DNA of 59,895 nucleotides from an uncultured Methanosarcinales archaeon. GTDB lineage: Archaea; Nanobdellota; Nanobdellia; Woesearchaeales; JASKKU01. Positions 53,621 to 59,895 of this stretch are shown here, piece after piece. Where the stretch lies: NCBI GenBank assembly GCA_964386095.1, contig CAYLQM010000002.1, forward strand, positions 1 to 59,895. Reading direction: 5' to 3'. Below the pieces are notes generated by a model. The model worked only from the letters and a program-made list of their open reading frames with translations. It had not been told where the DNA came from and did not search any database. The position numbers and the translations under genes were made by a program. Numbering within the stretch: the first letter of the stretch is position 1; every line of letters begins with the position of its first letter.

Positions 53621-56084
53621 CCTGAAGCTCAACTCCTATTTGATATATTGGGCTTTTGTTTTTCAGATTTTCCTGCGAGAGATGAATCTTTTTAATGCCG
53701 AAGAACTCAGTCAAGTTCTTTTGAATCCGATTAAATAGGTTAGAATATCTTTCATTTGGAATCTGAACTTTTATGACAATTCTTTCTTTTTTGGACCCCT
53801 TGAGCGAAATTTTCTTATTATGCAGCTCTCTTCTCACGACTTTTATCACGTCTTTTAGTAGCTCTCCACTATCATAATCAATGCTTGTTTTTAACTTGAA
53901 TTCTGTTGGCCAACTGCTTAAATGGATGCTTTCAGTAATATCGTTTGTGTAAAATTGATGATAGATCTCCTCAGTGATGTATGGCATTATTGGCGCGAGG
54001 AGTTTTAAAACGGTAAGGAATACATTATAAACAGTAAATCTGATAACTTCCAGTTCATCACTTCCGCCTTCTTTTAATTGGGCTTTAATTATTCTAAGAT
54101 ATATGTTTGAAAAATCTTTTATGAAGAAATGTTCTGTATCCCTTCGCGCATCTGAAAACTTATAGTTTTCGAAGTTTTCAGTTGAACTTTTAATAATTTC
54201 ATCAAGTCTATAAAAAAGCCATTTTTCAATTGGTCTTAATTCAGGAGCTTGATTTGGTATTTCGCATTCTCCAATAATCTCTTTAACTAATCGTGAAGCA
54301 TTCCAAAGCTTGTTAATGACCTTCTTTGCCCGTCTTAAATACATTTCCTTAAGGATAATGTCCTCGCCTAAATTCTTGGAAGAAGCCCAATATCTCACAG
54401 CATCCGCGCCGTAAGAGTTTATTAACTCAAACACGCCTTTAAAATTTCCTTTGGAAAGAGAAACCTTTTTGCTGTTTTCATCGTTTACAAACCCGTGAAT
54501 CATTACTTCTTTACAAGGTATGCTCTCTTCGTGAAGATAAGATTTTATTAAACTGTACGTGAACCATGTGTATATAATATCATGGCTTTGCACTCTAAGA
54601 TTGATAGGAAACATTTTATTGAAGAATCCGCGATCTTTTAGCCAATTCGTTATAATGAACGGATTCAGAGAACTCGTTGCCCAGGTATCCATTACATCAG
54701 TTTCTGGAATAATTTGTGTTGAGTTGCATTTTGGACACTCTTTAACGGGCGGGACGTCAATTAACGGATCAATCGGAAGGTCTTCTTCTTTTCCTAAAAT
54801 CACTTCTCCGCAATCCTGGCAATACCATACCGGGAACGGCACTCCAAACTTTCGTTGCCTCGAAATGTTCCAATCCCATTCCAAATCTTTTATCCATTTA
54901 TCAAACCTTTTTTTCATAAATTGGGGGTGCCATTTTATCTGATTACCCAAATCTATAAGTTTATCTTTTAAATCTGTTGTCCTAACAAACCACTGTTTTT
55001 TGCTTTGATAAGTGATAGGATTGCCGCATTCTTTATGTATTCTATCAACAATCACACCTTCGCTTTCACCGTCGATTAGTTTTAAAGATTTTAATTTTTC
55101 AAGAATCGCTTCCCTCGCGTCTTTCCAATAAATCCCTTCAAATTCTTTAGCCAGAGCAGTAAGCTTTCTTTGTTCATCCATAACCTTTTTTAATTGCAAA
55201 CCGTGAGCTAAAAATAACACTACATCAAGATTATCTGCAAAAGTTGAACACATCTTGATTCCAGTTCCTCTTTTTGGGCTAATTCGTCTGTCTGTGAGAA
55301 TAGGCACTTTTGAACCGAATAATGGAACCTCGGCTTCAAGACCAACGTATTTCTCATATCTTTTATCATTGGGATTCACAAACAATGCAACACATCCTGG
55401 TAAAAACTCCAATCTGCTTATTGAAACAATTAGACATTTCTTATTATTTACTTTAAAGGGAACATTGTAAAATTTAACCTTGCTATTGATATGTTTGGTT
55501 TCTTTTTGAGAAACCGCTTTTTTGCAATTGGGGCACCAAAAAAATGGCGCTTCTTTTAAGTAAACCTGACCTTTATTAAACAATTTCAAAAAGGAATGTT
55601 GGGATATACGACGACTTTCTTTATCAATAGTAGAATAATATCTGTTCCAATCTGCTGAGATGCCCAACGCAATCCATTGCTCCCGCAATTTCGCCTCAAT
55701 TTGCCGACTTTTGTTTAGGCACAATTCTACAAACTCCAACCTGTTCATTTCTTCGGCTTTTTTGCCGGTAATCTTTTCAATTAACGCCTGGGTAGGCAAT
55801 CCATTATCGTCAAATCCAAAAGGAAAGAAAATGTTAAAACCATTCATTCGTTTGAATCTTGCAATAAAATCCAAGAGGGTATATCCAAAAGAATGACCTA
55901 AATGCATCTTACCTACAACTGTAGGTGGTGGAGTGTCTATAGAGAATATTTGTCCATTTGCTGATTCTTTGAAACGATATATATTTTTTTCGTTCCAAAT
56001 CCGTTTCCATTTTTCTTCAACTTCAAAAAAAGAGTATTTCTTGTTCATTTTTATTATGAATTTTGTTGAGGGCTTATTGATCAA
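53610..56084 (-). CDS. valS: Valyl-tRNA synthetase (class Ia)
   Basis: 824 aa; PPPTVVGKMHLGH (HIGH), GFDDNGLPTQ, WCPNCKK, DWNISRQRKFGVPFPVWYCQDCG, KVSLSKGN (KMSKS); length and motif spellings fit archaeal ValRS better than IleRS or LeuRS. Confidence 0.75.
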   Translation of the reverse strand: MINKPSTKFIIKMNKKYSFFEVEEKWKRIWNEKNIYRFKESANGQIFSIDTPPPTVVGKMHLGHSFGYTLLDFIARFKRMNGFNIFFPFGFDDNGLPTQALIEKITGKKAEEMNRLEFVELCLNKSRQIEAKLREQWIALGISADWNRYYSTIDKESRRISQHSFLKLFNKGQVYLKEAPFFWCPNCKKAVSQKETKHINSKVKFYNVPFKVNNKKCLIVSISRLEFLPGCVALFVNPNDKRYEKYVGLEAEVPLFGSKVPILTDRRISPKRGTGIKMCSTFADNLDVVLFLAHGLQLKKVMDEQRKLTALAKEFEGIYWKDAREAILEKLKSLKLIDGESEGVIVDRIHKECGNPITYQSKKQWFVRTTDLKDKLIDLGNQIKWHPQFMKKRFDKWIKDLEWDWNISRQRKFGVPFPVWYCQDCGEVILGKEEDLPIDPLIDVPPVKECPKCNSTQIIPETDVMDTWATSSLNPFIITNWLKDRGFFNKMFPINLRVQSHDIIYTWFTYSLIKSYLHEESIPCKEVMIHGFVNDENSKKVSLSKGNFKGVFELINSYGADAVRYWASSKNLGEDIILKEMYLRRAKKVINKLWNASRLVKEIIGECEIPNQAPELRPIEKWLFYRLDEIIKSSTENFENYKFSDARRDTEHFFIKDFSNIYLRIIKAQLKEGGSDELEVIRFTVYNVFLTVLKLLAPIMPYITEEIYHQFYTNDITESIHLSSWPTEFKLKTSIDYDSGELLKDVIKVVRRELHNKKISLKGSKKERIVIKVQIPNERYSNLFNRIQKNLTEFFGIKKIHLSQENLKNKSPIYQIGVELQVTD

Positions 56085-56316
56085 ATGCGTATTTTATTAA
56101 TCATCGCATTATTAATTTGCCACGCGTAATTATATTGATTATTAATTTAACGTTATGGTTTCTTATTTTTAAATCCGTTCTTTTGTTTTTGATTGATTTT
56201 GTTTTTTAAAATTAAAATTTCAATCAAGCAAACACGGATAAATAATTTTATAAAATAAATATTTTTATAATTTATTTTTGAAACGACTATGCAATAGATA
56301 CAAAAAATTATAAAGC

Positions 56317-59300
56317 TTGATGGAACTATTTTTTATGATGAAGAGGTTTGGATTCTTCGGCAGGAAATCATTACCGGATTTGGACGAGGAAATAAATCTT
56401 GATGATGCATCTTTAAATGATGATTCCCGTCTTCTCGATGAACTTAAACAAGAGTTGGAAGAGCTTAAGATGCATCAACCAGTAAAAACAAGTCATAAAA
56501 AGCCTTCTAAATCAAAAAAAATCAAGGATTTTGACTCTATTGTTGAAATAGAATATTTTCTAAAAGAAATTGACGATGATTTCTTTAAACAACATTCTGA
56601 TTTAATTAAACAAAAAGTTATCTCATTTATAGATAAAATGTTGCCAGAAACCGCTTTGTCATTTGAAGTTTCCTTGCTTGCAGATAAGGATAAACTGCTC
56701 GACAAGATTCATGTGATCCGCGAAGTGTATGGAGATTTAACTTTAACAAAAAATTCAAAAAAGAGAATCATTAAATCGCAACAATCTCAAACGAGCCTCT
56801 CAGCAAATTCAAAAGAGAAATTAAACATTAAAGATACTAAAAATTCAAAACTTAATCACGAACCTGAATCTCAAAATAAAACTCAAAAAGATGAACCTGC
56901 CCGTCAAATTGATTCAGATGAACAAATCAAAGCTATTCATATCTTAAGATTGCTTGAACCTAAAGAAAGTATGCGCTTGGGCTCAAAAAGGATAAGGTCG
57001 CTTGAGGAATTAAAAGATTATGTAGAGTCTCTACCCGAAAAGGAATTCAACCTTTTAATTCTACCTTTGCATAAACGGAAAAATTTGGTTCATTGGATTG
57101 ACCATGTTTTAGGTTATCCTGAACTTTCAGAAAAGTTGATGCTTTGCGAAACCCGTGAAGAGATTCATTCCGTTTTGGATGAAATGTTTGAAAAAGTCAA
57201 GGATTTGATGCTTTATGGAAAACAAAATGACGAACCTCAAACTCAAATAACCTTGTCGTCCGGGAAATCAAACAGAGTTATCAACACTCCTGCAGATGCC
57301 AGTTCAGACGCCAATTCAATTCTCAAAAAGAAGGAGGAACACAAGACTAAAGAGCAGCATTCTTCTTTAAGCAATGCGCGTAAAAAAGTCTTTGGGAAGC
57401 CGTCATTAAATACAAAATCCCTGCAAAACGAGATAACTGCCCACACCGATGATGATGAACAAAAAGCCGACTCAAAAGTTTTTTCCCAATATCGCCAGAG
57501 TAATTTAAATGTTCTTCTTGATCAGCTAATTTTGTTATCAGATGATGAATTTAAGCAGAAGAAAAATGAAATTTTGAGAGTCCTCTTTCAAAACAAGGTA
57601 TCAAGAAACGAGCTTTTGGTATTCTTGAATCGTGAAACTAAAGCAGATTTTACCGACGCTTTAGAAGAATTTTTGTATTCTCGACCGGAATTTGAGAGCA
57701 GGGTTAAGGCGCTGTCCAAGAAGAAGATTAATTCTTTAATGAAAACCTTAAATCTGATTCTTGAAGAAAATACCGATACGAAAGACTCAACCGAATCTTT
57801 CAACAAAACCACTCAAGTTAATGAAATTCAGGTTAATGAAAGTAAGGTTAAGAAAAATAATAAAAAGATAAAATTAGATAACATCTCTACAAAAAAGCGT
57901 GCGGTAGAATCTTTAAACCGCGATCGAAAAACAAAAGTTAAAAAAGAACAAAAAACTGTTGATGCTTTTGATAATGTGAAAAACGACAGAGAAGAGAATT
58001 CTCGCGCAACTGATTTGGTTAAACAGCAAACTTCTAATTTAGAAAACTCATTTACTGAAGTGATTCAATCTTATAAGAAAAACAATGTTGCTCAATTGAA
58101 GAGTGATGAAAATTTCTTTAATTATGTTTCCCAATTAAAACAGGAACTTGAAGAAATTAAACAAAAAAACAGCAAAATAGTCACGCTCCCACCGCCGACT
58201 TTGGATAATAAAACAACCTCTTCAACTATTGAAAAGGGTCTGTTTGATTTGATAAAACCAGAAGTGGATGATTCAAGTTTTGATGAACGGGTTGATCAAA
58301 CAAGAATTAAGCTTAAGACTGAATCCCGGGAAAAAAGTAAGGGAGACCTTTTAGACAACCTCCTAACTGAGAAATCGCCTCAGGATGAGCGACATACTAA
58401 ACCGCGTCCGAATGAAAAGTCTGTTAAATCTGCCCAATCAACTCATTCAACAACGGAAGTTTCATCAGGAAAATCAAACTCAAATTTATCAATTGAAGAA
58501 CTGGAAGAGCAGTTGTTAGAAGAAGAACATAAACTTTTAGAGAAAAAGATTCAACTTATTCAACAAAAAAGAAAGATGGAACGTGAAAACTTAAATCAAA
58601 TATTGCAAAACCTTAAACTCAACGATGTTCTGTTGAGCAAACTTTCTGAATCAAACCAGGAATCGCCAAGGATGTTAAACCTTTCAAATAAAAAATTGCT
58701 TCAAAAATCAAGCCTTGATTTAACGCAACAAGTTGCAGAAGAGAAGCATTCACCAACAAGACCCATTTTGCCATTGACAAAACCAGAACAAGTTCAACCA
58801 CAGGAACAGGTTCAAATATTAAGCAGCAGTCCTTTAAAGCACTCTTCCAACTCGTCTATGAATGAAGGGATCGATGTTCCTCAATCAAAAGAGTTGACGG
58901 AAGTAAAAAAAGATGTTGATGGAACTCATCAACCTATAAAAGAGTCGAATATTCAATCATCAAGCAAACCAAAAGTTGTTTCCTCAAACCAAGCAAAGGA
59001 TAACAAGAAGCTTATGAAATCGTCAGAACGAAATTCATCCCAATCAACGATTAAACTTGATGATTTGTCACAACCCGATTCTAATGATATTCTAGAGAAC
59101 ATTGATAACTTTTCGTTAAAAGACCTTGTAAATGTTGTTGACGAGTTTTTGCTTAATGATTCCTTTAACGAAGCAAAACAGATTATACTAAAAGCAAAGA
59201 AGCTTGTTGGAAAACGATCAAGAAAGCAAAACCCATTGAAATTGGAAGAATCCGTGGATAATAAAACAAAACCTAAACAGAGCAAACCATTGCAACCCCC

Positions 59301-59649
59301 CAAATCAGAATCAGCAATAGACAGAGAGGAGGATAACAGCGTACAAAAAAGCCCCAAAAACAATAATTTGATAAAGGATTCTCCTGTCGAAAAATCTAAC
59401 AAAAACGTGAATTTTAACATCACTCTGACGAAAGATGTTGCATTAAATCCGCAACGATTGAACCAAAAAAATCAAAAATGCTTTTTAAAAAGTGATGATA
59501 ACGCAATTTCTACAAACCTCGGTGAGATTCTAAACAAGATTGTTCATCGTATTTCAAATGATCAATTGGATGAAGCCTGCGAATTAATTCAAAAAGCAGG
59601 CAAGTCTAATACAACTATAAATACTACAGAATCGAACTCTGATGCTTGA
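56317..59649 (+). CDS. Giant (1110-aa) Lys/Glu/Ser/Asn/Gln-rich low-complexity protein with three repeated helical modules and a duplicated C-terminal helix
   Basis: No TM or catalytic motif; start ambiguous (TTG 56317, ATG 56320/56335/56338); modules at about residues 71-140, 205-300 and 395-470; C-terminal LNDSFNEAKQIILKAKK / SNDQLDEACELIQKAGK duplication. Confidence 0.6.
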   Translation: MMELFFMMKRFGFFGRKSLPDLDEEINLDDASLNDDSRLLDELKQELEELKMHQPVKTSHKKPSKSKKIKDFDSIVEIEYFLKEIDDDFFKQHSDLIKQKVISFIDKMLPETALSFEVSLLADKDKLLDKIHVIREVYGDLTLTKNSKKRIIKSQQSQTSLSANSKEKLNIKDTKNSKLNHEPESQNKTQKDEPARQIDSDEQIKAIHILRLLEPKESMRLGSKRIRSLEELKDYVESLPEKEFNLLILPLHKRKNLVHWIDHVLGYPELSEKLMLCETREEIHSVLDEMFEKVKDLMLYGKQNDEPQTQITLSSGKSNRVINTPADASSDANSILKKKEEHKTKEQHSSLSNARKKVFGKPSLNTKSLQNEITAHTDDDEQKADSKVFSQYRQSNLNVLLDQLILLSDDEFKQKKNEILRVLFQNKVSRNELLVFLNRETKADFTDALEEFLYSRPEFESRVKALSKKKINSLMKTLNLILEENTDTKDSTESFNKTTQVNEIQVNESKVKKNNKKIKLDNISTKKRAVESLNRDRKTKVKKEQKTVDAFDNVKNDREENSRATDLVKQQTSNLENSFTEVIQSYKKNNVAQLKSDENFFNYVSQLKQELEEIKQKNSKIVTLPPPTLDNKTTSSTIEKGLFDLIKPEVDDSSFDERVDQTRIKLKTESREKSKGDLLDNLLTEKSPQDERHTKPRPNEKSVKSAQSTHSTTEVSSGKSNSNLSIEELEEQLLEEEHKLLEKKIQLIQQKRKMERENLNQILQNLKLNDVLLSKLSESNQESPRMLNLSNKKLLQKSSLDLTQQVAEEKHSPTRPILPLTKPEQVQPQEQVQILSSSPLKHSSNSSMNEGIDVPQSKELTEVKKDVDGTHQPIKESNIQSSSKPKVVSSNQAKDNKKLMKSSERNSSQSTIKLDDLSQPDSNDILENIDNFSLKDLVNVVDEFLLNDSFNEAKQIILKAKKLVGKRSRKQNPLKLEESVDNKTKPKQSKPLQPPKSESAIDREEDNSVQKSPKNNNLIKDSPVEKSNKNVNFNITLTKDVALNPQRLNQKNQKCFLKSDDNAISTNLGEILNKIVHRISNDQLDEACELIQKAGKSNTTINTTESNSDA

Positions 59650-59803
59650 CACTCATCAATTTTTAATCAAAAAACAATTTCATCTCATAATCCAAATGAT
59701 GTGAAAAAACGAAGCTAAGTGAGAAAATATTTAAAAAGAAAAATTTAAATACGCGACAATTATTTAGCTTTACGTTTTTGTTAATCATCAGGTTATTTAA
59801 ATT

Positions 59804-59895
59804 ATGGGCCTTTTAAGTTTGTTGCAAAAGGTTTGCGTGAAAAAAATGCCTAATAATGAACTTTTTAAAAAAGTTTTTGTTGTCTGTTTGTTTAT
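59804..59895 (+). CDS. Possible 5' fragment of a CDS running off the window
   Basis: The ATG at 59804 opens a frame (MGLLSLLQKVCVKKMPNNELFKKVFVVCLF...) that is still open at the window end; too short to judge. Confidence 0.2.
   Translation, partial: MGLLSLLQKVCVKKMPNNELFKKVFVVCLF

Noticed and set aside
58953-59423. 156-aa ORF antisense to the giant low-complexity gene (smaller ones at 56493, 57243, 57588 and 58619)
   Set aside because: Low-complexity AAR/GAR-rich coding sequence gives long open antisense frames (Phe/Leu/Ser-rich); there is no independent support.
1-59895. Looked for CRISPR arrays, cas genes, transposases or integrases, reverse transcriptase/DGR template-variable repeats, toxin-antitoxin pairs, rRNA and canonical tRNA genes
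   Set aside because: I saw none. There are no regularly spaced 25-40 bp repeats, no DDE, tyrosine or serine recombinase motifs, no YxDD reverse-transcriptase motif, and no GTTCRAATC-type T-loops in non-coding DNA. The window therefore looks like core chromosome rather than a defence or mobile island.

Overview
AT-rich (roughly one-third G+C by eye), densely packed window (about 65 genes, short intergenic spacers, many 4-nt ATGA-type overlaps). It is archaeal. The informational core is unmistakable: RadA, an archaeal histone, aIF-1A, aIF5B, Elp3, a GINS subunit, a PriS-PriL-type primase, aMBF1, ZPR1, Fap7, SecY plus a DUF106/YidC-like insertase, and an archaeal-type RNase P RNA. It is mixed with bacterial-flavoured genes: lipoprotein signal peptidase LspA, GyrA, Soj-like ParA, a PduO-type adenosyltransferase, and an XRE regulator with a small membrane partner. 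This mix, the fused compact primase and several enzymes with eroded catalytic motifs fit a small-genome DPANN-type archaeon; that placement is inference, not proven. I saw no rRNA, canonical tRNA, CRISPR array, transposase, integrase or reverse transcriptase, so this is mostly core chromosome rather than an obvious mobile island or defence island. I found no clearly novel system; the signals the annotation does not explain are listed below. (1) A phased 11-bp TTGAGACT iteron array with a palindromic copy and an ORB-like C5/TTTCCACTG element lies in a 330-bp gene-free spacer at 3.7-3.9 kb. (2) Three tandem paralogues of an uncharacterised 5-TM membrane protein sit at 12.3-14.1 kb, next to two Q/N-rich coiled-coil proteins. 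(3) An overlapping four-gene operon ends in lspA (18.3-20.5 kb). (4) A duplicated ATPase-permease ABC module has large coiled-coil ectodomains (26.6-32.3 kb). (5) A seven-repeat Cys-framed surface protein is coupled to a membrane-anchored partner (4.7-7.5 kb). (6) A 1110-aa low-complexity protein carries repeated helical modules (56.3-59.6 kb). (7) A GC-enriched, hairpin-rich spacer 3' of radA may encode a small RNA. All protein calls come from reading the supplied translations for motifs; no database search was possible.
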